A DNA stretch of 64,000 nucleotides from Squalus acanthias (taxonomy: Eukaryota), in contig CM059432.1 in the NCBI GenBank assembly GCA_030390025.1, positions 22,074,001 through 22,138,000 of the forward strand. The letters are read 5' to 3'. Position 1 is the stretch's first letter. Every line of letters starts with the position of its first letter. This document shows positions 25,629 through 38,085 of this stretch, one piece after another. The notes beneath the pieces are model-generated. The model was not told the origin of the DNA, ran no database searches, and saw nothing but the letters and a program-made list of their open reading frames with translations. Made by a program: the position numbers and the translations under genes.

Positions 25629-27446
25629 AAGGAGAGGGTGAGAGAACAAGCTCAGTGCTTCAGCGAGCGGGCCTTGGAGGCTCTGGTTGGTGCGATGGAG
25701 CGCAGAAGATCTATACTCTACCCTGAGAGTGGCAGGAGGCCTTTGCCGCGCGAGTACAGAAGAGTGTGGAGGGAAGTGGCTCAGCACGTCTCCTCCAGGA
25801 GCATGGTGCCCAGGACCCATACTCATTGTCGCAAAAAGTTCAACGACCTCACTCGGGTCGTCAAGGTGAGTGGCTTTTTTCAATACCTCTCCATCCCTCC
25901 ATCTCAACCTCACTCTATGGCCAGAGGGTCTTAAAACCCCAATGCACAACACTCATCCAACACCTGTGGCCCTCTCATGAAACACACATGCACATTCCAC
26001 ACTTTGCATACAGTAAGGGCTATTCAACTATGGGAGACACATCAGGCAAGACCATGGCTACATGCATTAAGGGCTATTCAATTATGGGAGGCACATCAGG
26101 CAAGACCATGGCTGCATACATTAAGGGCTGTTCAATTATGGGAGGCACATCAGGCAAGACCATGGCTGTATATTTACATTTTTCTTGCAGGCCAAGCTAT
26201 CTCATAATAAGAGACAGCAGCAACGGATGGGTGGAGGGCGGCCTCAGCTGCAACCCCTCAGCGATCTTGAGGCGTACGTCCACAGGATTGTGGCAAGCCA
26301 GGTGATCGGTCCCGTCGCCCCTGGAGAGGCCGACCCCGTTCGGGACAGCAATGGTAAGGTCATCACCTTTTTCTCCTCTCTCATTCCACTTGTCCCTCAC
26401 AACACCAGCCTTTGACACTTTCAATCCAACTTAATAAATCGCTGCATTCGTTCCTCCCTTACTGCCCCCCTGTCCTCACGCTAAGCCACTCTTGTACCTC
26501 CCTGCTTTCAGATGGTGATTCACCAGCTGAGGAGACGGGCCCTGAAGCTGCCAGTGGGAGCGAAGCTGCAGGCGAGGAGGAAGAGGAAGCCGGACCATCA
26601 GCGCCACCCTCTCCCGAGGAAGCCTATGCCCACACTGGGAACACGCCTTCCCTGGAGGGGAGCAGGGGGGAAGGGTCTGATGAGGGTGAAGCTCCAGGAC
26701 CCAGCGGGCTGCAGCAACGCAATGTGGCTAGGGAAGCTCGGGGGCCTTCTCCCTAGAGGCAGAGTAGGCCAGCGAGTCCTACTGCACTGGACGCAGAGGA
26801 GGAGCGGCTCATCGCTGAAATGAACACCCAGGCTGTGGACATGCACACTCAGCTCATGGGTGCAGTGGGAAGGGTGCCCGAATGCATTGATGCACTGGCA
26901 AGGAGTGTGGAGCACTATGCTGCAGCACGGGCAGATGCCACGCAAATGCTTAGTGCTGCAATTCAGTCACTGGCTACCATGATCCTATCTCAGACTGCTC
27001 TCATGCAGTCTCAGATTGAGGCCACGCAAGCACTGACTGCTGCCATTGTCGCTGGTTCGTACACATTTCCCTGGGGCTCTCACCGCGCCGCAGCAGGCCA
27101 GCAATCTGTGCTCCAGCAGATTGCTCCGGATGCTGATGTGCTGCCCCGTGGGAGTGCCAGTGTGTCGGTCGAGCAGGGAGTTGCTGTCCTCTCTCAAGAT
27201 GACAGCATTCCTGCTGCCACCACTGTCACTTCCCCATTGTACTTGCCACCGCCTGTAGGACAGACTGCTGCCGCCCATGCAGAGTTGGTGCAGTCTGCAG
27301 CCGGGCCCTCCAGGCCCAGAGCTGGTCGAGATCGTCCTTCAAGGGCATCTGTAGTCCCATGTTCTGACAATCAGCAGCCTTCCACCAGCCTTGCTGCAGC
27401 CACTGGGGCCCCATTACGGAGGAGCAGTAGGGTGGGAAGGGGTTAA
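25629..27446 (+). pseudogene. Harbinger B three-exon Myb/SANT protein gene (exons ~25629-25865, 26191-26353, 26512-27446; ~444 codons) with one in-frame stop
   Basis: FSERALEALV...VWREVAQHVS...CRKKFNDL; GT-AG introns in phases 0 and 1 keep the frame; TAG at 26754-26756 is in frame with 26820-27446. The start codon is uncertain. Confidence 0.85.
26014..26172. repeat. 54-bp tandem repeat, about 3 copies, in intron 1 of the Harbinger B Myb gene
   Basis: TAAGGGCT(A/G)TTCAA...CATCAGGCAAGACCATGGCT units start at 26014, 26068 and 26122. Confidence 0.95.
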
Positions 27447-27799
27447 GTGCGCAAGGGAAGGAGATCACCCTCGAAGGGCAAAAAGTAGGAGGTGTGACAA
27501 AATGTTGGTCAATTTTTTATTAGAGGCCGAGGTTCATGTTCAAACTTTTGTTTAGTGATTTGGATATTATCTCCAGGTTGTGAGAACCAGTTATGTTAAT
27601 GAATGATTTTTTGTGTATGTTTCTATTGGTTTGCCATGAAGAAATGACACACACAGAGTTTGTAAAATAAATAAGTTTTTGTATTCAAAATGTACAGGTT
27701 TGGCCTTTGGAATCATTGCTGCCTTGGCCAGCTTAGCGGTTGCGGTTTGCTTTCGTTCATGTTGTTCTCCATGTCAGAAGCCATTTCCTCAGAAGGGGC

Positions 27800-28938
27800 C
27801 TAGAAGCGGCTTGTTATCAGCCGTCGACGGACGGCCCTTGCAGTTTCAACATTGTGGGCCTCCCTCCCGCCTTGGTGCTGCTGCTGATCATCCTCCTCCT
27901 CTTCCTCCTCCTCCTCTGGTGGTGCTCCAAGGCCTGGTGGCATTGGCTGGGTCCTGAGGATTGCCAGGTTATGCAGCATGCAGCACACAACTATGAAGAG
28001 GGAGACTCGCTCAGGCGAATACTGCAGGGCTCCTCCTGAGTGGTCCAGACAGCGGAACCGTTGCTTGAGCACGCCGATCGTCTACTCAATGATGTTCCTG
28101 GTGGCAAGATGGCTCTCGTTGTACCGCAGCTCAGCAGGGGTGTTGGGGTTACGGAGCGGTGTCATCAGCCAGGTGCACAGTGGATAACCCTTGTCCCCGA
28201 GGAGCCAACCACTTGGCTGATACGGTGCCTGGAAAAGTTCTGGCACAACAGTCTGGCGCAGGATGAAAGCATCGTGGCTGCTGCCAGGATAGCGGGCATT
28301 GACAGCGAGTATCAGCTGTCTGTGGTCACAGACCAACTGGACTTTTAAGGAGTGGAACCCCTTGCGGTTTCGGAAAACCTCTGCATTCTCATGCGGTGCC
28401 TGCAATGCCACATGCGTGCAGTCAATGGCGCCCAGCACCATGGGGAAGCTCGCTATCCTTGCAAAGCCCAATGCGCGTTCATGCTGTTTGGCCCGGGTCA
28501 TCGGGAAAGAGATGTACTGGTGTCTCCTTTTATAGAGGGCATTTGTGACCTGACGGATACAGCAATGGACCGCAAACTGGAAGATATTGGCGATGTCCCC
28601 AGTAGCTGCTTGAAAGGAGCCGGTGACATAAAATTTCAGAGCCACTGTGACCTTCACTGCCACGTCCTGGTCCTCAGTAGAGGCTGCAGATCTGGCTGCA
28701 GCAAGTGGCAGAGTTCAGTGACCACCTCCTTGCTGAAGCGCAGCCTGCGCAAACACTGCTCCTCAGACAAATTAATGTAGGAGAATTGTTGCTGAAATAC
28801 CCTGGGAGGGTAAGGTCTCCTGTACAGAGGCCTGTTGGCCCTCCTCAATCTGGCCATGATTGCCACTCTCTCTCTGCGTCTCTGTTGCCTCCGATTCTGC
28901 AGGCGCAGGACGACGCCCCGAATCAGTGCAGCCCCCAC
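27800..28938 (-). pseudogene. Harbinger B DDE transposase (HARBI1-like) with one frameshift (~28660) and one premature stop (28082-28084)
   Basis: Motifs GAIDCTHVAL, NRKGFHSL, PGSSHDAFIL, LLGDKGYP, RNIIE*TIGVLKQRFRCL and CCMLHN. Confidence 0.95.
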
Positions 28939-29780
28939 ATTCTCTTGGTAATTGAAGTAATGAAGGTCAAATCCAAAAGTACCTGCAAAGTGATGCTCAG
29001 TAGCCAAAACTACTTCACACAGAATTGACTCAATGCAGAAGTCTCTCCTTCACTCTCTCAGAATCTCTCTCTCTCTGTCAGAATGACTGGTGCAAAAATG
29101 TCTACCACAGAAAAAGCCAGGAAGAGGTCACCTTTAAATAGCGCCCCCCCAGTCCCTCACCGACTGGGAAACGTTCCAGTCTCCCTGTCGTTGCTTGCGC
29201 CAGGCGGAAAGGAGGGGGGGAGCCACTCAATATCCGGTCCGGGGCGCCACAAGGGCATTGCATGCTCGACTGACGTCACGATCTATGGGCACAGGAGATC
29301 GGGGCAGTAGTGTTTAGCATCGCTGCAAAATGTCTGGTCAATTTCGCGAGCGGCGCAGACATCGCTGCGCCCAGGCACTAGTTGCTTTGCGCCCAACTAG
29401 CGCCCTCTTAAGGCACTAACGGGAGGCGCAAACCAACCAAATTTTTCCCCCTATAGCATTAGCTATGAGTTTGGAGGAAGCTCCCAAGCTATATTGTCCA
29501 CACTCCTGCAATGCTTTCCTACCCATTGATGTCAGAGACATAAATTGAGAAAGAAATAAAGAAAGAAAGAAAGTGAATGCTTTACAGCCAATGAAGTACT
29601 TTGAAGTGCTTCATTTGTAATGTAGGAAATGATAATCTAGGCCAGGATAATTGATTTTATCAGTCCACTGGATAGCTTGCTGTGCAGCATTAAATGTTGT
29701 AACACTGTCTGGGTTAACCTGAGACAGTGCCTGGGATCAGAGGTAAGGGAACAGAGTTTCTGGCAGGGCCCAAAGACAAT

Positions 29781-30540
29781 GGGCTGGATTTTGTCTTGGG
29801 GTCGGGTTGTCATCCGCATTTCGTGTTCCCCCCCGCCCCCCGACTCCAGATTAATGTGGATGAATGATGCAATTTTCACTTAATTGGTCAATTGAGTTCC
29901 AGCATGTGGGAACCCATGAATTAATTAGTGGTTTCAGTCTGAAAGTTGCCTCTGATGATGTCATCATTGCTGCTGCATTGCAGGTCAGAGACTGCCTGCC
30001 TGGTCCCAGAGACTGTCTGGCTGTTGGTGAGAGAGGACCTGCCTGGCCTTTGCTGTGAGTGGACCTGGATGCATAATGTAGAGAGAGAGAGAGAGAGAGA
30101 GAATGAATTTTTTTTGCATCCAAGTCCTCTCACAGCAAAGGCCATGCAGTCTCTGATTCAATGCAGCAGCATCAGAGGCGACTTTCAGACCTAATACTAC
30201 TACCTCTCCGTTGTAATAGTTGACCTGCAGCTGATAGTCAGCTATCCACTTGTGCTCCCGCCAGGTTTCACTGGCAGTGTTTCACATCAGGCGTACTTCA
30301 CGTCGGAAAAGGGTTAAACTAGCTAAAACGTTTCAAAATGGCATTACAGAGCCAATGTAGGCCTTGTTAAGGGCTTTAATGGAACTCCCGCCTCTTGGAG
30401 GCGAGACAGAGTCGGGAACTCCGTGACAGATTTTGTCAAAATTGCGTGGAGGCGGGATGGAGTCGGGACCCCCGACCCCGCAACTTTAACCCCCCACACG
30501 CCTCCAAACCCGACTCCACAGGTCATTGAAAATCCAGCCC
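29781..30540 (+). mobile_element. Harbinger-type MITE, family shared with 61676-62399
   Basis: Perfect 12-bp TIR GGGCTGGATTTT; AAT TSD; internal (GA)n tract. Confidence 0.9.
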
Positions 30541-31720
30541 AATGTCTTCAGGTTTTCTCAATGTTTAACTAAAGGAAATTAAGAAGGAGTTAAACATATT
30601 CATTGTCAAGGAAGGCAGAATATTAGCCACTTTAAGAAAAGACTGCAAGCAGAAGAATCTCACATAATCACCCAAACTTAAGATCTGCAGTGCAGTAGTT
30701 TGGGCCTTATTACTGCATACAACTGAGACCCAGAGCTTCACATGGGCGAATACTGGATGTATTTGATCAGTGATGCCACAAAAGGGTTTTTCAAATCAGT
30801 AACAACAGAGGCTCAGACCTTGGGGATAGCATAACAGCCACAGTGTTCCAGATAATTAAGCAAAATAGGTTAACTTAAGTAAGTATGGAAGAAGAAAAAT
30901 CAATTTTGTCTCTTAATCATATTCCTTCCACAGGCCAGATACAATCCACTCTAGCCTACACTCTACACTTTAATCTTTTAAGCAAAGGTTCTTCAAGGTT
31001 TCTATTTGCTCCCAAACAATGAACCAAATAATATTCCCGCATATTTTATATTACATTTACACTATTCATATTTTTCCACCCTTCTTTTACGCTCCTTTTC
31101 TCTCCTCCCACCCCCCACTCCCAACCCCTTCTCTGGAAGGTGTTGACTCCTGCAGGAGTACAGTTCCACAGGCACTGGTTGACGTCCAATACCTCACCCA
31201 AGTGGCCATCCATATGTACTCCAGGACGGTGAGTGTCAACAAGCTATCTGACATTTGGGATGCAGTCAAGACAAAAATATATAAGGTTAAATGTAAAAGA
31301 TTTAGAATAGAGAGCAAGATAAACATCTTTACAAAGAGTTGTAATGCTGTGGAATTCACTTCCAGCGGGGTAGTGGTTGAGGCAAATACTATGCTAACAT
31401 TCAAGATGAGATTGGTTAGGACTATTTTCTTGCATGGAGGACATACATTGAAACTGCATGGTTGGTCAGAATGACTTGTTTACACACACACAGAGCAGGG
31501 GGTCGAGGCATTGCTGGAGAATGATCAGAAGCAGGAATCTTCCTCGACCTAATGTTGCAATAGTTGAGGCCAATTGAAGCAGCTCTGCCACATCTCCAGT
31601 TGAGATGGAATAACTCAGCACAGACTGGGGAATCATACCCAAAACTTTCTTGGTCTGTATGCTGCAGCTATTCACTGTGTTAAGAAGCTGAGCTATCCGA
31701 CCAGTCCATTATTTATTCTT

Positions 31721-31862
31721 TTTGACCTTTCGTCAGGTCGGGTCATCGACCTGAAACGTTAACTCTGTTTCTCTCTCCACAGATGCTGCCTGACCTGCTG
31801 AGTATTTCCAGCATTTTCTGTTTTTATTTCAGATTTCCAGCATCCGCAGTATTTTCCTTTTG
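31721..31862 (+). mobile_element. Penelope-like terminal repeat fragment with partial hammerhead motif
   Basis: GGTCATCGACCTGAAACGTTAACTCTG preceded by an inverted piece GACCTTTCGTCAG (reverse complement CTGACGAAAGGTC). Confidence 0.7.
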
Positions 31863-31914
31863 CATTATTTATTCTTGACTGTCTTGCTTGGAATAACATT
31901 CTCACAGATTCAAA

Positions 31915-32146
31915 AAAGAGCAGGGAACTTCTTCTAGTATCTTGGCTAACACTTATTCCTCAACCAACATCACTAAAACATTTATTTCAGTGCTGTATGT
32001 GGAGCTTGCTGTGCGCAAATTGTCTGTCATCTTTCCTACATTAGAACAGTGACTACACTTCAAAAGTATTTCATTGACTGTAAAGCACTTTTAGACATAA
32101 TAAGGTCATGAAGGGCGCAATATAAATGCAACTTTTTTGTTTCTTT
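31915..32146 (+). mobile_element. Degenerate DeuSINE 3' half
   Basis: Similar to 35740-36000. Confidence 0.7.
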
Positions 32147-32555
32147 CTGTTATATCATCTAACTGCTTTCAATTAAGCTGTTTGCAGGTTAGTTAACCCA
32201 CCCTCACTCTGTGATTGGCATATCTGTCAGTTCCCTCCCCTCCCCCCTGTTTTCTTTTCATTTGTTTTTCCAATGTTACTGAAATTCCTGTTCACCTTTC
32301 AGTCTTTAGTTCTGATGAAGGGTTACAGCCCAAAGCCCGCCATTTCTCTTTACAGATGCTGACTGACCTGCTGTGTATTTCCAGCATTTTCTGTTTTTAC
32401 TTCAGAGTTCCAGCATTTGCAGATTGTCGTCTTTATTCTAATTATATCCGTTATTTTGCTGATCAGTGAAGTCAATTGAATAAATTATATCAGACAATAG
32501 CAGGATTCATTTAGTAGAATAGATGCTGAATTAAAAAGAGCAATATAATATTGCT

Positions 32556-32863
32556 CTTCCCAAACCCGCAACCTCTACCACCTAGAAGGACAAGTGCAGC
32601 AGGCGCATGGGAACACCACCACCCCCAAGTTCCCCTCCAAATCACACACCATCCTGACTTGGAAATATATTTTCCTTAATCGTCGCTGGATCAAAATCCT
32701 GGAACTCCTTCCCTAACAGCACTATGGGAGTACCTTCACCACACGGACTGCAGTGGTTCAAGAAGGCGGCTCACCAGCACCTTCTCAAGGGTAATTAGGG
32801 ATGGGCAATAAATGCTGGCCTTGTCAGCGACGCCCACATCCCAGGAATGAATTAAAAAAAAAA
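32556..32863 (+). mobile_element. 3' fragment of the 42436-45292 LINE family
   Basis: Closely similar to 44980-45292, with A tail. Confidence 0.9.
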
Positions 32864-34111
32864 ATCTTTCCTGTACTATTGAAATATTCTTGTCAACCAA
32901 AAGTTAAGTAAGGGTCCAAGCAATTGGAAAGAATTGCTTCTGGTACTTTGGGAAGTGGGAAATTTAATTGGTGCTTCTCTTTTATGTACTTGTTCTGTGC
33001 TCAGGATTAAAACAGATTAAAATTATCCCTGGGCATCCATCTACTTTTGTTTAGTGGAGCAGCAATTCCTCTGCCCCAAGCTTAAGGCTTTGTAGTACCA
33101 AACAAAATGAAATAAGTTTTAAACTGCAATGTTCTGAATCATTTTAATGTTCAGCAATCTAGGAGCAACATATCTACTTTGCTCTTAAAGTTCTGATGAG
33201 TGTTGATGTAATCACAACAGACTAATGGTTTATAGCCCAAGATGATAGTCCTGCTACAGGCAACATAAAATAAGTAGAATTCTCTGGTGAAGACAGGCTC
33301 TCAAACTAATTTAGGCACCGAATCTTCTGCCAGCAGCTTCAGATACGTTGCCTTTTCCATCTCTTTTGTTGAGAGGGAGTCGACTTTCACAAGAATGTCT
33401 CCGAGTTATTACCTGTAAGAGTGAGATTAATGCTTTTGGTTGTGATTGTTTGTCAAATCCCTTCACCACGGTTCCTGATGAAAGGTTCCACCTGATACAC
33501 TAACTTACCTTTTTTCCTCTGACAGACCTTGCTGTACTTTTTGTTTCAAATTTGCAACATTTGCATTGTAACATTTTATCTCTGAATTATACATTTCACA
33601 ATTGCAAAGGGTAAGAAATGGAGTCAGCTGATCTTCCGCTAATGGCCTTAAAAATCCATGGGGACTGTTTTCCCCAAAGACGTGTTCCCGAGCTGGGACT
33701 TGCACCCTTGACTATGCTGCCCTACTGTAAAACACGGGATCAGCTCATTTAAATATCAATTGGGCGTTGCTGGAGTGCAACTCCCATGAAACATTGGAGT
33801 CCTGCATTGGGATGTTTCAGGTGCAGCCACTAAAAGGAAGCAATTACAGAAGAGTGCAGGCAGGCTGGCTGGGCGAGCAGCAGGTAATTACTGAGCATCC
33901 TGCTGTGAGACTGAAGTGAACGGCAGTTAGTATTAACAGATGATTATTTTGGATTTCCAGCAATTTTCAGTTTTTTTCTTTTTATTGCACATATCCTTTA
34001 CTTTGTTGATTGAGTAATTTATACTGGACAATTGTAGATTTTGTGAAGCTTTTAAATTTGAGGGGCAGGCAGAGGGACCCGAAGAAGCAGCTAAGCATTG
34101 GGAGAAGGTAG

Positions 34112-34660
34112 AGAAAAAAACCCAGCAAATTCACTGAGTCCAACCTTCAGATAATGATATATGAAATCCAGCAAAGGATAGAAAGACTGATGGGTGCCCA
34201 TGAGAGGAAACCTGACAAAAATTTCTCATGAGCCTTGTGAGGGGAGTTGGCAGTGGCACTGTATGCCACCTCTCTCCACCCCCAAACTGCAGAACAGTGC
34301 AGGAAAAAGTTCACTGACCTGACGAGGGCAGGCAAGGTAACCAAAAGACCACTGCTGCCTTTTCTTCCTTAGGCATCATGGGCATCAACACACTGTTCAC
34401 CCTCTAATATGACATTCTGCACAAGTCCTCAATCATACTATACTGCGGTTTAAGGATTCACTAACTCTTTACCTTCCAACAGCCTAAAAATCCACCCTCT
34501 ACTTTAAAAGGGTGTTACCAGCAGATCTATAATATCAACTATCTGATGTGACCTCGCATATTAGCCTTAATACAATGGTCTGACGCCCGTTGCAGGAGCA
34601 CATTACGCACAATGTGCGTGGACCTTATAAAGACTTGTATGGTCTGGTAGGGGAAAGAGG
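34112..34660 (+). pseudogene. Third Harbinger Myb/SANT relic (exon 1 and start of exon 2)
   Basis: RKKPSKFTESNLQIMIYEIQQR...*GELAVAL...TAEQCRKKFTDLTRAGK then a GT donor at 34337; TTGCAG|EHITHN at 34596. Confidence 0.75.
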
Positions 34661-34789
34661 TCTGATGTGCTGTGAAGTTTCAAGATGTGTAGCACATTGC
34701 AGGAGTTGGATTTGATCAGAACGTGAAAGGAAATGGAGAAATGGCAGTGGTGACAAAGGGATGTATGATCTTAGAGAGATCTTGCATTT

Positions 34790-35222
34790 ATTTCACCTCA
34801 GGACATCCCAAAGCACATTACAGACAATGAAGTGCATTTTAAAGTGTAGTCACTGTTGTAATGTAGGAAAATGTGGCAGCCAATGTGTGCATAGCAAGGT
34901 CCCATGAATAGCAATGAGATAATGACCAAATATTCTGGTTTAGTGATGTTTGTTGAGGGATGAATATTGGCCAGGACACTAGGAGAACTCCCCTGCTCTT
35001 CTTCAAATAGTGCCATGTGATTTTTAAGTCACCTGAGAAGGAAGACTGGGCCTTGGTTTAATGTCTCATTCAAAAGACAGCACCTCCGACAATGTAGCAT
35101 ATCCTCAGCACTGCACTGAAGTGTTAGCCTGGATTATGTCCTCAAGTTTCTGGAGTGGCTCTTGAACCCAGAACCTTCTGACTCAGAGGTGACAGTGCTA
35201 CCAATTGATCCAAGGCTGACAC
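34790..35222 (-). mobile_element. Full-length DeuSINE, antisense
   Basis: Reverse complement of 35518-36010, including the tRNA head. Confidence 0.85.
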
Positions 35223-35517
35223 CACGATAATTAAACAGAGTAGAATACTTCAATATTTAGTTGTTTATGAATCCCACTTGCAGCCAGCACTGAGGAATCT
35301 TCAGAGTAATGATCCTCATGAGGCTCCATTCCTTCCTGTTCAGCCTCCAAAGCAGCTGGGGCCAACATCCCTAAAGCATATTACAAAGCCCCTTCTGATC
35401 TATCCTGGCCTCTTGAATATCCCTATAGTTCTCCCTATGACAACTCTAAGAGAGACATGTGCCTCATTGTCGCACTCCTCAGCTTCTGTTCTTGCAAGTG
35501 ACAGAGTTACTATCCAT

Positions 35518-36010
35518 GTCAGCTGTGGTTCAGTTGGTAGCACACTCGCCTCTGAGTCAGAAGGTTGTGGGTTCAAGTCCCACTCCAGGGACTTGAGAAC
35601 ATAAATCTAGGCTGGCACTCCAGTGCAGTGTTGAGGGAGTGCGCCACTGTCGGAGGTGCCGTCTTCCGGATGAGATGTTAACCGAGGCCCCGTCTGCTCT
35701 CTCAGGTGAATGTAAAAGATCCCATGGCACTATTTCAAAGAAGAGCAGGGGAGTTATCTCTGGTGTCCTGGCCAATATTTATCCCTCAACCAACATAACA
35801 AAAACAGATTATCTGATCATTATCACATTGCTGTTTGTGGGACCTTGCTGTGCGCAAATTGGCTGCCGCGTTTCCCACATTACAACAGTGACTACACTTC
35901 ATTGGCTGTAAAGCGCTTTGAGACTACTCCTGCTCCTATTTTTCTATGTTTCTATGAGACATCCAGTGGTCATGAAAGGTGCTATATAAATGCAAGTCTT
36001 TCTTTCTTTT
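35518..36010 (+). mobile_element. Full-length DeuSINE (SacSINE1-like): tRNA head, Deu domain, L2-like tail
   Basis: A box TGGTTCAGTTGG (35527), B box GGTTCAAGTCC (35570); the tail AAGGTGCTATATAAATGCAAG resembles the L2 3' end at 63115. Confidence 0.9.
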
Positions 36011-37129
36011 TCTTTATGGTAGCAGGGTATATGTTTTTTTTTTGCTCAAGAGCCATCTGATCACTTGACTTTCTTCCTTGAGCAGATCAGGGATGAAGAT
36101 GTCATGACAACTCCAGCAAAATTGGCACTAACAAGGAGAATTTGGAGTTGGCCACACCCTTCCCATTGAAATCAATGGAATGCAAAATACGACGGGTTCC
36201 ATAAAGTGCGGGCAAGCTGCCTCACTAGATTACTGCCCAGGTGGTGAAAATGAAAAGCTACCCAATGGTTGCCAGTCATGCTAGGTAACCCAAGCAAAGC
36301 ATTGCCCAGTTCAAGCTTGAAACACAGGCTCTGAAATTCCTTAGGGTTCCATCAGTCTCCCACTGCAATTCCAGTGGGAGACCAGTGGAACCCCCAGAAA
36401 AATGACAGATACCCAGTTGTGCGGTTCTTAGCCATCTTTGTAAGTTTCCTCAACTGACGGCTGGGGGCAGAGCCAGGGCCAAATATTTTATAACCTGAGG
36501 TTTCCAGCTCCTCAGGCTCCAGTGGATCCAAGGTAGTAGTAGCAGCCAGTACAGAGAGTGAACTGGAACACCATAGCCTCTACAAGGGCATACGTGGGCC
36601 CGCTGGTTATGCCCAGGCCAGACAAATGGGCTGGACCTCTGAAGAATTAAAGATTTAAAACATTTTTATAATCAGATAGGCCTTCTTGCTCAGGAGGCCA
36701 AAGGGAATGTTGCTGGGTTCAGTGGGGTAGGGAGGAAACCAGGGCACCCTTGCAGGGCGAATGAGTAAGTTTTCTATGGACACGGGGCAAACCGGTGCTA
36801 GCATTGTGCCCAAAGTGGTGCTTGCGTCCACCAGTCTCATGCTTATGCCACCCCCCCTCCCACTGACCTTACAAACTAAGGCAGGGTGAGCGCTGAGGGG
36901 CATGCTGAGGAGCTGAGAAACGTTGCAGTGTATTACTGTCCACTTTAGTTTTGCCTCATTATGTCAAAAGAAAGATAAAAGGGTTTATTGTTTAAAGGGT
37001 GAATCTAATTCTGAATGCATCACATCATTTTAATCACAGAGACCCTTTGAAGGTCTGCCCTTGAGGTAGGCCAGCCTTATCCAAGCAGCAGGGAACCAAG
37101 TGTGGTGGCAGGTTCATTCAGATCTGTAC

Positions 37130-37360
37130 CAAAAACACACAATGTTTCAGATACTCAGCAAATCAGGCAGCAACCGTCAAGAAAATATGAGGCAGTTGAT
37201 GCTTCAGGAATAAAACCTTTCCTCAGTTCTGAGGATAGGTTTTGTACCTGAACCGTCAAATGCTTGTGTTTTCCTTACAGGATGCTGCCTGAACTGCTGA
37301 GTATCTCCAATGTTGTTTGTTTTTGTTTCAGATTTCCGTACTCTGCAGTACTTTGTTTTT
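37130..37360. mobile_element. Old inverted pair of Penelope-like terminal repeats
   Basis: Imperfect palindrome centred near 37227 (CCTTTCCTCAG TT CTGAGGATAGG), with degenerate hammerhead cores on both strands. Confidence 0.6.
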
Positions 37361-37464
37361 CATTCTAGATCTGTGTTATGTGCCTGCGTGAATGGTCATC
37401 TTTGAGAAGCAGGGCAGAGTCAAACCTGCAGTGAAACAAATTGGAATCAGAGGGAAAGCCAGTC

Positions 37465-38085
37465 ATAACGGCACAGAAGGAGGCCAATTGGCCCATCGAG
37501 TCCGCGCCGGCTCTCTGTAGAGCAATCCAGTCAGTCCCATTCCTCCGCTCTATCCCCGTAGCCCTGCAAGTTTATTTCCCTCAAGTGCCTATCCAGTCTC
37601 CCCTTGAAAACATGGAGTGTGTCCGCTTCTACCACTTCCGTCGGCAGTGAGTTCCAGGTCCTGACCACTCGCTGCGTAAAAAAGTTTTTCCTCACATCCC
37701 CCCCTGTATCTCTTGCCCAAAACCTTAAATCTGTGTCCCCTAGTCCTAGTACAGTGAATGAAAATATGAGCAAATGAGGTTTCTAGCTCTATTGTGCATT
37801 TGAGTTGTCCTTTGTTTTCCTCAATGCATTGAATCAGGAGAAACCATCTTTACCCAGAGAGTGGTCAGAATGTGGAGCTTTCTACCACAAGGAGTAGTTG
37901 AGGCAAATAGCATAGATACCTTTAAGAGAAAGCTAGATGAGTAAATGAGGGAGAGAGGAATAGAAGGAAACGCAGAGAGGGCTAGATGAAGCAGAGTGGG
38001 AGGAGGCTTGTGTGGAGCATAAACACCGGCATCGACCAATTGGGCCAAATGCCTGTTTCTGTGCTGTAAATTCTATGTAATGTGT
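37465..38085. mobile_element. Two CR1 3' fragments (37465-37750 minus, 37840-38085 plus)
   Basis: Peptide [18 protein letters not shown] on the minus strand; CCCAGAGAGTGGTCAGAATGTGGAGC on the plus strand. Confidence 0.8.

Larger units (their letters stand above)
25285..29451. mobile_element. Harbinger B, a structurally complete PIF/Harbinger DNA transposon (4167 bp)
   Basis: 12-bp TIR GGGGGAGAAATT / AATTTTTCCCCC; TAT TSD at 25282-25284 and 29452-29454; convergent Myb (+) and transposase (-) genes. Confidence 0.95.

Noticed and set aside
26014..26172. CRISPR-like array
   Set aside because: The units are contiguous with no unique spacers, there are no cas genes, and the context is vertebrate.
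27800..28938. Domesticated host HARBI1 gene
   Set aside because: It lies between TIRs with a TSD, has a stop and a frameshift, and is paired with a Myb gene, so it is a transposon copy.
35518..35590. Functional tRNA genes (also 42436, 56996, 62487)
   Set aside because: The A/B boxes run into SINE bodies present in several copies, so these are SINE heads.
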